A DNA stretch of 64,000 nt from the NCBI GenBank assembly GCA_046563655.1, contig CM102289.1, forward strand, positions 2,666,001 to 2,730,000. Direction: 5' to 3'. This DNA is from Yuukianura sp. NJ FZ-2021. Taxonomy: Eukaryota. Position 1 is the first letter of the stretch; every line of letters begins with the position of its first letter. This document shows positions 50,501 through 62,850 of this stretch, in pieces. The notes below the pieces were generated by a model. It did not search any database. It had not been told where the DNA came from and saw only the letters and a program-made list of their open reading frames with translations. A program made the position numbers and the translations under genes.

Positions 50501-53500
50501 CATGCTCTGAAGGTGACAAAATTTCACATCAATAATTCCAAATTTTTGATTTTTCAAAAAATCCAAAACCGCAATTTTTTACTTTCACAGGATGGTGTCA
50601 TTGTAGAATCCGGAACACATGAAAATCTAATGGAAGCTCGAGGCTTGTACTACGATCTTGTAATGGCACAAGCTCCGCTGGAAACTGTGGAAGACACGGA
50701 TGGATATTCTGTTGCAAGTACCGTCGAATCAGTGTAAGAAATTGGGAACTAAAATCTAAATTTTTGAAAAAATTTTATTTTTGACTGAAATTGTTTTTAT
50801 TTTTCAATTAGAGACGATTCTGCAATAGACTTTGAGTACAAGCAGCTAAAGCAACGCAGGAGGAACATGAGCAATAGACTTTCCATGTCAATTGATGCTT
50901 TAGCCCTTGAGCATGTCGACAAAGCCCAAATGCTCAAAGAGGTCAAGGAACTTCGTCTCGAAATGCCCGGAATTTTCAAAATTTTGAAAAAAGGCGGGCA
51001 GGGATGGATCCTTCTTGTTGGACTTGTTGGAGCTCTTTTAGCTGGATCCGTTCGTCCTGCACATTCGTATCTCTTCGGTGAAATGCTAATTGTACGCAAC
51101 CTCTTTGCTCAAACATATATTATGTCAAATTTTTGTTATTATGATAAAACTTGTTGAAATTTTTTTTTTATTTTACAGGTTTTGACGGACGGCGGAAACG
51201 GTCTCCTCGACGTGACGCAATTCCTAGCGCTTGTGTACTTGTTCCTTGGCAGTGTAGCAGGAATAGGATACTTCATAGACGTATAGAAATCCAAAATTTT
51301 GAAAAATGAATTTTCAAAAAAAAAATTGTTAGTCCAAGAATTTGAATTGTATTTTTAGATACTTTTTGTGTCATGGGCTGGAGAAAATTTAACAACAAAG
51401 CTACGACTGGAGTCGTACACGGCAGTAATTCGCCAACAAATTTCTTGGTACGACGAAGACGCCAATTCTCCGGCGCGAATTTCGGCTCGGTTGGCAAGAG
51501 ACGCTCCATTGGTCAACATGGTACATTTTAGCGCTAATTTTGAAAATTAAAAAACCACTTGAAATCTTATTTGATATTAAATGTTATAAAAAAATATGTG
51601 CTGTTTTTATCTTAGGCAACCGGAGAACGTTTGGCAATAGCCATGATTGCAATTACGACAATTACACTGAGCTTGTCCCTTGCGTTTTACTTCGGATGGC
51701 GACTTGCTAGTGTTCTTTTTATAGCATTTCCTGCTCTCGTGGTCAGCGGTTACATTCAAGTTATGATTCAAGCTGGAGGGCAACTGCGCAACTCGGAATA
51801 TATTGAAAATGCTGGCAACATGGCCATTGAAAGTATGCAGTCCATTCGAACCATCCAGGCTTTGTGTCAAGAGGACTACTTTTACAGTAGATACCGAGAG
51901 TGCGTGGAACCAGTTTACCTGTAAGTGCATATCCTAGCTAAAATCTAAACGAAAACTCAACATTAAATTAATCTCAGCATAACTTTTTAATTACTTGGCT
52001 ACAAATATTTCAGAGAAGCTAAGAAACAAGGCGCATATTTTGGAATTGCGCTTGGCCTTTCGGCTACAATTATTTACTTTGTTTACTCTGGAACGTTTTG
52101 GTACGGAGCGAAAATGGTGGACGAAGGTTTGATGACACAAGACAACATCTACAGGTAAAAAATTTCAAAATTTTGAAAATGACAAAAATAGCTTTCTGGC
52201 GTGCTAAAGTGTTGAAATTTGAAATTATTTTCAGGGTATTCTTCCTTGTCGCTTTTTGTGCTGTGGCCATTGGTCACATGACAACATTCATTCCAGACTT
52301 CCAGAAAGGAAGACTCGCTTCTGCACTGATTTTCAATCTCATGGAGCTGGAATCTGAAATTGATCCAATGAGTCCAGAAGGAACAAAACCCGAAATTCGG
52401 GGCAATATTGAATTCAAGGACGTTCACTTCAGTTACCCTGCTCGTCCTGACACAAAAGTCCTGCAGGGCTTGTCATTCAAAATTGAGTCAGGCCAAACCC
52501 TTGGTAATTTCAAAATTTTGACTAAAAAAAAATTACAACGCAAGCATATTTACAATGCACATTTACTTTACACAAAAAGTAACACCATACTGCAATTTCA
52601 TTTCAAATTCCAGCTGTCATTGGAATGAGTGGATCTGGAAAAAGTACAGTCGTGTCTTTGCTGGAAAGATTTTACGACGTTTCTTCTGGTGTTGTGGTAA
52701 GACAGAACTTGACAATTTTAGTTGTACAAAATTTGTGAAATGTGTAGTAAAATTTCAAAATAATGCACATCTTTTGTGCTATATTTTTCCATAAAGTTGA
52801 TAGATGGGACTGACATTCGTCACATAAATATTCGATACCTACGGAAACATATTGGTTTGGTTCAGCAAGAACCTGTGGTAAGTTTTTTTTATAGAAAGTG
52901 TTTTATCAGATTTTGAATAAGTAACCATTTTCAAACTTTCTTAAAGCTTTTTGACACAACCATTCGAGAAAATATTGCCTATGGTTACGTTCCAAACAAC
53001 AGTCACGACTCCCCAACACACGAAGAAATTGTCCAGAGTGCACGAGATGCAAACATACATGATTTCATTATGAAATTACCCAGGGTATGACGAACTTCAA
53101 ATTTTTATAAAATTTAGTAGCGAGAAATCACAAAATTATTTTGGAGCATCACGTATAAATTGGAATGTGTTTTTTCAATTGATTCAAGGGTTACGATACT
53201 GTCGTGGGCGAAAGGGCTGTTCAACTTTCTGGCGGACAGAAGGTATTGACTGAAATTTGTTTCCTAAAAGCATAAATCAAGTGAAAAATGCATTCAGGAA
53301 ATTTTGTCTTGCGTATTGTACTCAGCACAAACAAAAATCCGGTAAAAATTACAAAAATTATTCTGTTACTTGCAGCAACGTGTAGCAATTGCCCGGGCCC
53401 TTATTAGGTAAACGTATGAAAATTTTATATCAACGCGTATATGGCTGCATTTTTTAAATGAATATTCCTTATTATTTATTTTAGGAATCCACGTATTCTG

Positions 53501-53956
53501 CTTCTGGACGAGGCAACAAGGTATGTTCCATAACATATGTCCGTCCAGTTTATATTCCAGCTTGACGGGGATCAATTATAGTGCTTATATTAAATCGATT
53601 AATTATATTAATCATTTCAAATTTATATATTGTATTGACACAGTGCCTTAGACACAGAAAGCGAGCAGATTGTACAGGAGGCCTTGGATAGGGCAAGAGA
53701 AGGCAGAACTTGTGTCATTATTGCTCACAGGTAAAAACAAAATTATTACAATTAACCAGCTATAACTAAAAACGACTAAAATTTTTCTGCAATTGGTTCT
53801 GGATTTAGGCTATCCACAATTCAGAACGCCGATGTTATTGCTGTAGTTAGCAATGGGCGTATCATGGAGATTGGGTCTCCGGAGAGACTAATGGCTAAGA
53901 AAGGAATTTATTACAAAATTACAAAGAAACAGCGAATGCAATTTATGGACTTGTAA
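47586..53956 (+). CDS. ABCB1: Full-length ABCB (P-glycoprotein/MDR1-like) transporter, about 28 coding exons
   Basis: TMD-NBD-TMD-NBD. NBD1 has [51 protein letters not shown]2 has [45 protein letters not shown]. The exons checked splice in frame. Confidence 0.93.
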
Positions 53957-54360
53957 ATTTTTTATAATGTATTTTTCGGAAGTTCTAGTTATTTATGGAT
54001 AAACGCAGTTGGGTTTCGTTTTGTTATACTAAAACAAGAAATCTGATTCGTGGATTATCTTTTTGTACGATTAGCGAAGTTAGTAAAAGGTCAGAATTTC
54101 AAGTTCATTTTAGATTGCACAATACACAGTTTGTGTAAATTTTATTACTAACGACGTCCTTCAGTTCAGTAGTTCATTTCAAGGCTAAAATTGTTAAGTA
54201 TTTAACAAAATTGAATTTACAAATTTGCTAGCCAACAGCATAGTATATATATCTACGTTTAGTACAATTTTGTAAAGAACATTAAATTAAATTAAAAAAA
54301 GACTCCAATTGGGAGGTAATTCTAGGTTCTGAAATGAAAAATTGCCATGTTGTTCACTTT

Positions 54361-55741
54361 TCAGTTTTTTCGTCTAGCGGGAAGTGACCTTGGAGGCGAC
54401 AAGCAACGTGCTATTTTACCAACACCATTTGAATTAACCGCTTCGTTTATTTTAGTTAGACCACCGATAGGCAGGCATAGAGAGTTTGGTGCGCATGTGC
54501 AGTTTTGGTATATAGAATACATATCCGTCCGAACCGTTCCACAACTGCTGGTGGTTTCGCATGGTTCCATCTAAGCAAATAAAAGTTTGTACTGTAATAT
54601 AGCAATGTTTTGTAAAGTAAATATGCAAACAAACGTAAACTCTTTGTAAAAGTTTAAACAGTCTGCGAAATAGGGTCGACGTGTGGCCAAATTTGGCGAA
54701 ATTGGCCAAAATTCGATTTTGGAATACCATATTGCAAAATTCGTAACAAACCTTGATTATTTTGTGCATAATTTGAAATAATGATTTGAACTATAAGAAG
54801 CTCTACTAATGAGTTCCAACATATGCTGTACCTTTTCACACTTGAACAATTTGGTTGGAATGGCCTCAACTACAACTGGCTGATTTTGGTTGTCCGACGA
54901 CTCTGGGCGTTGTGACCTGAAACTTGTTGTGGTTTCGTCTCTGTGTAGACTTTCTTCCAGAACGATGCTTGTTTCCTCTTTACTGTCCGGAGACTCATCA
55001 GGATCCATTAGTCTCCAGTACCTGCGTTTATGTGGACAGAAACAGTTGAGGTGATACGGCACATCATCATTTCCGCCAACTCGCAAGATTCCCCATCCGC
55101 CATGACACTTTGGCAATTCCTGACAAAACTGCAAAAAAAAATCCACGCGTCAATAGCGCGCAAATAAAAAACAACCGATCTCTGCAGATGACTTCCAAAA
55201 ATATTTTCCTAGAAAATTCAATATTTTCAAAGTTTAGTTGGGTAGACGGTTTGAACCAAATTTCAATCAAGTGCGTTTCAATATTGAGGTAGCACGACAT
55301 AGCGCGAAAATTTGAAATTTGAAAAAATTCGGAACAATACCTTGAGTTGTTCTCGGTTGTTGATGAAAACCGTGTCTAATGACCGCCTCACTTCGAATTT
55401 GTCCGGACACCGTTTCTTTTTGCATCGGCAAAAGTGTTTTACCCTGAACGGATAGAAAAATGGATTCTGAATTATACTACACGGTGAGTAATTGTCCTGG
55501 CACTCCTCCAACTCATCTTCAGATGCCTGTAAATTTTGAAATTTAAATTTTGTAAAAATTTCAAATTTTTTTCATATTTGTTAATGAAGTTTACCACTCC
55601 TCCATGGAAGTACGTCCTGGAGCCCTTGTCTAAATCAGTTTTTGACAAAGTTGACACGATTGGACACCAAGAAAATAGGATTGTTGCAAGAACTAAAAGA
55701 TTTGTGAGACACAAGAGGTGAAGGCAAAGCAGAGATTGCAT
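54361..55741 (-). CDS. Secreted Cys-rich protein, scoloptoxin-11-like; exons 55741-55595, 55526-55341, 55128-54832, 54570-54361
   Basis: Signal peptide and three Cys-rich modules joined by phase-0 introns. CGTVRTDMYSIYQNCTCAPNSLC resembles the arthropod SLPTX11-like C-terminal module (from recall, not searched). Confidence 0.65.
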
Positions 55742-56451
55742 TATCCTGATAATGATGAGATTGAGACTAAACACTAAAAATAAATTGACTCCTAGTTTTT
55801 CTAGAAGACGCTTTTCTAGAGTAGTAGAACAGATTATATGGCACACATCATAGGTTAAAGTTCTATCTGTAGACGCCAAAAGCCAATAAACGTCCAACGA
55901 ACAGTAAATATTTTTTAGCATTTGTTAGGAAAAGCTGTAGAGATTAGTATTCATCGGAACGTCCTTGGCAAGAAAAAAAGTTGTCAAAAGTTGAAAATAT
56001 TTCCACTAAAATTTGAAAATATTTCAATGCGAATACGCGAATAATCTTCGTTTTTTCAAAGTTTGCAACTGCGACCTTCGCGTTTCATTGTATGTATGTT
56101 AATAATTTAATTTAATTGGCAAATCTTAGTTTGTGGTATTTCACGCAAACCCACAGTTAGAAGTCATGTTTGAAGCTTTATCTTATCCATAGCTAATTTT
56201 GATTGGCCCATAACCATTTCTAGTGGCAATGGCGGTTTAACCCGAGTCTAACTTGTTTCTAATTGTATTTTTGAATGGTCTTATTCTTGCTGATCTAATT
56301 TCTTAGAAACAGTCACATCAATGAATTTTTTAACCGTGCATATCATTCGATAGTTCTTAATTTATAACCTTGTGGTTGGCTTCCGAGCTTATAAAGCAGC
56401 AATTCTGAAAATCATTTTTTTGACGCCATCCATTTTTGAAACTTTTGAAAA

Positions 56452-58896
56452 ATGGTTTACGAGTGCTGTGATCGGAAAATTTACTATGTACGGGTCAAAA
56501 CAGAAATTTGCAGATACGTTTTAATATTCTACTGGAAACTTCTTAGAAGCCAAAATTCTTTGTTTGATTTCAGTATGGAGATCCAGAATTGGAAAAAATC
56601 ACGGATATCCGTAGCCGACTATGTAAGCCGCAAGTGTACGCAGATATTGTAAGTTCTCTCAAAAAATCTGGCGGGAACTTTCAAGATCCTGAATTTCCAC
56701 ATACCGAGGAATCTGTGGGCGACGTTCTCGATAAGTTACTGGACACAGCTAATCCGAATAACGCAAAAAAAGTTGAAGATTGGAGAGCACGGGGTTGGGA
56801 TGAAAAACTGCACTTTAAACGCTGTTCCGTAATTCTGTTTAAAAAAGTTCTTCAGATGAAAAAAATTTCTGGTGCTACTATTTGTTTTGAATACTTTGTA
56901 GGACTTTGTAAAAAATGGTTTTGGAAAACAATATAAAGCCGTTTTCAACGATGGAGATTTTGGAGAGTCAAAAGCTCGAATGGACATTCATCAGGGAATG
57001 ACCGGTTAGTCACATTTTGAAAGACAAATTCAAATTTTTCCAAAATTTTCATTAAGCTGTTTTTGAACTATCAATCAAATTTCAATTTTTAATGTAAAAG
57101 GTGACTGTTGGTTGGTGAGTTCCATTTCGGCTGTTACACTGGACAAAAGCTTGATTGATTTTGCTGTACCGTCGGAAAATGCCACAAATGATGCTGGGGT
57201 GTACCATTTTCGGTAAAAAGAAAATCACACACTACTTTTAAAAAATTTTGATATTATAATTTGAAATTCGAAATTTTAACTACGCTTGTTGTTAAATAGC
57301 TTCTGGTACGAGGGTGTCTGGGTTGATGTTGTTGTGGACGATTACATTCCTTGCTACATCGTTGGTAAACAGTATATAACACTTGGATCAAAAATTACGA
57401 GAGACCAAAAAACTCGTATCGCTGAATTTTGGGTTCCGTTGCTCGAAAAAGCATACGCGAAGTACGATAAAAAATTATTTTTAAATCGACCATTTTTTTT
57501 TTGGCATTCAAATTTCAAAAATACTGCAAATTATTTGAGAATAATTTGTGTTTAAATTTTAGGTTAAACGGTGGTTACCAGTATATCAGTGGCAATTGGC
57601 CAATTTACTCTCTTCAAAATTTGACGGGCGGCTTTGGCCAGGGATTCAAGTTACCCGGAGGCGGGACAGATTCCGATCCGGATTTGGGCGACGTCAGTGC
57701 CCACAACCATTCTGGAGAAGCTGGAAGTGATGACAAACAAGCTGACGACGGAGGAAATGACGACTCAGATCTAGAAGACGACTACAACTGGGAGAATAAC
57801 GACAATACCGAAGGGGAAGCCTGTGACGAGTTATGTTCCTTGGATGGAACTGGACCACAGTTTTCCTCTTACGGCAAAATTGAAAAGTGGATCGGCAGAG
57901 GCTTGCTGGTTTGCGCCTGCACTTCTCGCAGCGCCAAAGGAATTCGTGGACCTCACGCTTATTCCCTTACAGGCACTGCTGAAGTCAAAAAAACCGACGG
58001 AACTACTGTCCAATTAGTTCGATTTCGGAATCCCTGGGGTCATACGGAATGGAGCGGCCCATGGTCAGACAAATCCGACCGCTGGAGTATGGTTTCAGAG
58101 GAACAGAAGAAGGCGTGTGGCTTTTTAGACAAAGACGATGGCGAATTTTACATGAAGTTTGAAGATATGTTCAAGTACTTTACGCAACTGACGACTTGCT
58201 ACTGCTTTAAGCCCGACGATGTAAGAAACATGAAGCAGGAAACGCACTTCAGCAAGTGGTCGAAGGCGGAAAACACAGCGGGTGGATCAAGTGAGTCAAA
58301 AATAAACAGATTTCACCAACATTCAAAAAATGTTGAATATAGTTCAGATTATTTTTTAAAATGCTTGCAGATCGCATCGAGAACAACCCGAAATTTCCAA
58401 TAACACTGAAGGCAGAAGATCCAGATCAGTGGTTTGTTTTGGTGATTAATGTTACACTGAACGTGAAGTTGAAGACAACTGTGGGCCGTGGCTTCCACAT
58501 TAGTCTCTACAAGGTATGGATAGACGTTGGCATTAGCTAACAGTTTAAAAAAAAATTACTTTTCAATTTTCACTAACTTCCTTTTAAAAAAAGTAAGCTT
58601 AATTTTTGGTTATTTGTCTGATTCCTTGTTTAAATGAAACTCAGGACACGGATCCTCCTGCAAAAACATACGGAAAAGGATTCTTCAAACCTTATAATCA
58701 ACTTATCCCAGACGGATTCCTGGAGTTGACAAAAGTTACACCATCGGATAAGAAAACGTTGACGAGGGAATTTCATCTTGTGAATGGAAACTACGTCATT
58801 GTGCCACATACGGTTTCATCGGGCGTCGAGTACGAATTTTCTCTGCGTGTTTTGAGCTTTGAATCAAACGAAAAATTGAAGGAATTAAACGTTTAA
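56452..58896 (+). CDS. Calpain-like cysteine protease, copy A (CysPc plus domain III, no PEF domain), 8 exons
   Basis: FQDPEFP, QGMTGDCWLVSS (Cys), WVDVVVDDYIP, EFWVPLLEKAYAK, HAYSLTG (His), RNPWGHTEWSGPWSD (Asn), DDGEFYM, GNYVIVPHT..EFSLRV. Confidence 0.92.
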
Positions 58897-59196
58897 ATTG
58901 CTCCAACTGAAAATCCTATGTAGAACTGGCGGACAAATCACTGTGTTTACAAAGTTTTCAACAAAGACATTTGTGTTTTATCACATGTTAACAATTAAAA
59001 ATAAATTCACCGAATCTTAGTCTGTGTTGAAACCCGGAAACCCACAATTAGAAGTGATTTTTGGAGTTGTATCTTATCCAAAGTTAATGTTCCTCCAGAA
59101 TGGGTTAGAATTGGTGTATAATCGTGTCCGGTGGCAATTGCGGTTAATTTCTGAACAAAGTCTAACCTGTTTCTAATTGGGTTTTCAATTGCGCTT

Positions 59197-59590
59197 ATTG
59201 AAGTAGTGAAACCTACTTTACGCATCGACCTTCTCTGTCTGTCTGTACGGCCGGCCATTGGCGCCAATTATTTTTGGAAGGGCTAAACATTTTCGCAATC
59301 TGTTTTCGCTATTGAACATCTTGTGACCCGAGCGTACTATTGAATATGATGCCAGTGCAGTGGGTCAATTCATCACAGGTCAAAGGTCAAGCTCAGCCAG
59401 TATGATTCCCGGTAACTTAGAAAAAATGACAAAAGTTGTTGATGATCTTGCAGGTCAACTTTTTGGTTTACTTTTTATGGCAATAGCGCATTACTATTCA
59501 CAATAGTGTGTCCGTGTAACCAACCGTTCGCTAATGCAGGACCATCTTTCGCTACTTTCGTGCAAATTTCGGTTTACGAATTTGTTATTT
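59197..59590 (+). mobile_element. Helentron-associated (HINE/DINE-1-like) element upstream of calpain copy B
   Basis: Subterminal IRs AAGTAGTGAAA (59201-59211) and TTTCGCTACTT (59547-59557), a partial IR next to the 5' copy, a (CTGT)n microsatellite, and a 3' stem-loop CAAATTTCG-GTTTA-CGAATTTG. Absent from the paralogous region upstream of copy A. Confidence 0.6.
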
Positions 59591-59765
59591 GTTTATCCAA
59601 AACACAAATTTTTTAAGAGAAAGTCAGTCAAGATAAAATGTGTTTTTAACCGCGGATCACTCGATAATTCTTAATTTATAACCTTGTGGTGGGCCTCTGG
59701 GCTTATAAAACACCAATTCTGAAAATCAATTTTTGAAGGCTCCGTTTTTGAAGCACTTTGACAAA

Positions 59766-62195
59766 ATGGTTTACGAGTGTTGCGATCGTAAAATTTACTA
59801 CGTACGTCCCATAACAGGAATTTTGAAATATATTTTAATATTTTACTTTTTTTAAACCGAAAATAGACCAATGAATACTTTGCTTGGTTTCAGTATGGAG
59901 ATCCGGAGTTGGAAAAACTCACGGATATCCGTAGCCACCATGGCCAGCCGCAAGTGTACGCGGATATTGTAAGTTCTCTCAAAAAATCTGGCGGCAACTT
60001 TCAAGATCCTGAATTTCCGCACACTGAGGAATCTGTGGGCGACGTTATCGAAAAGTTACTGGACAAAGCTAATCCGAATAATGTAAAAAGAGTTCAAAAT
60101 TGGAGAGCAAAGGGATGGGATGGAAAAGTGCACTTTGAACGCTGTTCCGTAATTCTGCTTTTTTTTTAAAATCTTCAAGTTGGAAAAATTTCTGTTACTA
60201 ATTTCATGTGAATACATTGTAGGATTTTGTAAAAAATGGTTTTGGAAAACAATATAAGGCCGTTTTCAACGATGGAGATTTTGGAGAGTCAAGAGCTCGA
60301 ATGGACATTCTTCAGGGAATGACCGGTTAGTCACATTTTGAAAAGCAAATTCAAAAATTTGTTAAATGCATTGTGCTTCAAATTTCAATTTTTAATTTGC
60401 AAGGTGACTGTTGGTTTGTGAGTTCCGTTTCAGCCGTTACGCTGGACAAAAGCTTGATTAATTTTGCTATACCGTCGGAAAATGAAACAAATGATGCTGG
60501 AGTGTACCATTTCCGGTAAAAAGAGAGTCACAAATTTCTAACAGAAACTGTAAATTTTAGGTTCCAAATTCAAAGTTCAAATTTTTTATAACGTTGTTTT
60601 TTGTTAAACAGCTTCTGGTACGAGGGCGTCTGGATTGACGTTGTTGTGGATGACTACATTCCTTGCTACATCGTTGGTAACCAGTATATAGCACTTGGAT
60701 CAAAAATTACGAGAGACCAAAATACACATATCGCCGAGTTTTGGGTTCCGTTGCTCGAAAAAGCATACGCGAAGTAAGATCTTTAAAAAAAACATAATAA
60801 AAATGGACCATTTATATATTGCAAAAAAAAACTTTGATTTCTTTCTGACATCACAACTTTATTTCTTTAATGAAAATAATTTATTTTTAAATTTTAGATT
60901 GAACGGGGGTTACCAGTACATCAGTGGCAATTGGCCAATTTACTCTCTTCAAAATTTGACGGGCGGTTTCGGACAAGGATTCAAATTGCCCGGAGGCGGG
61001 AAAGATTCTGATCCTGATTTGGGCGACGTCAGTGCCCGCATCGAATCTGAACCAGCTTCAGCTGACGACGGAGGCGACGATTCGGACCTAGAAGACGACT
61101 ACGAATGGGAGATTCACGACGAATGGGAAGCCTGGGCCGAGTATTGTGCATTGGATGAAACTGGGCTTCCGTTTTACTTTTACGACAAAATTAAAAAGTG
61201 GATCGGCAGAGACTTGCTCATTTGCGTGTGCACTACAGACAGTGCCAAAGGAATTCATGGACATCACGCTTACTCCCTTACAGGCACTGCTGAAGTCAAA
61301 AAGACCGACGGAACTAATGTTCAGTTGGTTCGAATTCGGAACCCTTGGGGTCATGGCGAATGGAGTGGCCCATGGTCAGACCAATCTGACCGGTGGACCA
61401 AGGTTTCAGAGGAACAGAAGAAGGCGTGTGGCTTCTTAGACAAAGACGATGGAGAATTTTACATGAAGTTTGAAGATATGGTCAAGTACTTTACGCAACT
61501 CACGACTTGCTACTGCTTCAAGCCCAACGATGCAAGAAACATGAAGCAGGAAACGCATTTCAGCAAGTGGTCAAAGGCGGAAAACACAGCGGGTGGATCA
61601 CGTGAGTCGAAATTCAAGAAATCGCATAAGTAGGTATTTAAAAAAAAACATTGAATACAATTCAGATTATTATTGAAAATGTTTGCAGAACACATTGAGA
61701 ACAACCCAAAGTTTCCAATAAGCCTGAAGGCGGCAGATCCTGATCAGTGGTTTGTTTTGGTGATTAATGTCACGTTGAAGGTGAAGTTAAAGACAATTGC
61801 GGGTCATGGTTTCTACATCAGTCTGTACAATGTAAGCAAAGAAATTGGAATAGCCAAGCGCTGAACAAAATTAATTTATTTATTTTTTTTTTCAAAATTT
61901 TTAATTTTCTTTTATTTTTCTGACTACTTTTTTAAATGAAACTCAGGACACAGATCCCCCTGCGAAAACATACGGGAAAGAATTTTTCAAACCTGATGAT
62001 GAAATTATCCCAGACGGATTCCAGGATTTGACAAAAGTTACAGCGTCGGACAAGAAAACGTTGACGAGGGAATTTCATCTTCAGAGTGGAAATTACGTTA
62101 TTGTGCCCCACACAGCTTCATCTGGCGTCGAGTACGAATTTTCTCTGCGTGTTTTGAGCTTTGAATCAAACGAAAAAATTGAAGAATTACTGTGA
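59766..62195 (+). CDS. Calpain-like cysteine protease, copy B (tandem paralogue), 8 exons
   Basis: Same exon structure as copy A: QGMTGDCWFVSS, HAYSLTG, RNPWGHGEWSGPWSD. Stop TGA at 62193-62195. Confidence 0.92.
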
Positions 62196-62850
62196 ATCCT
62201 ATTTGGTATTGATTTACAACAGGAACCATTGTGTGACACGTTACTTGTATTGAAGATTGGCTACGAAATTAAATTTTTGGTGGTATGGTGATTCAAATCC
62301 TCTTTGCACCATAAATTTTCAACTTATGAGGACTTATTTTTTTAAACAAGCGGTGTACGTAAAAGGTAGTAGTCTCGTTGAATAGTATGAAATATTTCAT
62401 ATTTAGATGAAAAAAAAAACCTTAGACACCTTAACGCCGCTCTATGCTCGTTATCCGATTTTGAAATTTTGCTCGCAAAGAACTGAATACTCGTACAGCG
62501 TATGACGGACGAACTTTGTTTTTGCGTGCTTATCCTAATCCTAATAAATCAGGTAAGTTTAATAAAAAGGGAAAGGTGAGAAATACTGGTAGTATTTAAT
62601 GCTGACGTTGATGATAAAAAGAAACCTTACGGCATCATCGAGTACCAAGTGAGAATACTATTCACATCAAACACTGAAAAATTTAAGGTGTTGCCCACAT
62701 CAAATCGTTTCACAATTTCAAATTTTCCGTAAATTTTCTATGAGTAGCAGTTAGGGCTTTACAAGCACCTAGTAACTGAGCCATGGAGCAGAGATCCGCA
62801 GAGCGTACAACTTTATTAGAAGTGGTGGCTGGTAAAAAAAACAGACTCCC

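Noticed and set aside
62161..62195. Frameshift at the end of calpain copy B relative to copy A
   Set aside because: It changes only the last few residues after domain III, so it is not evidence of pseudogenisation.
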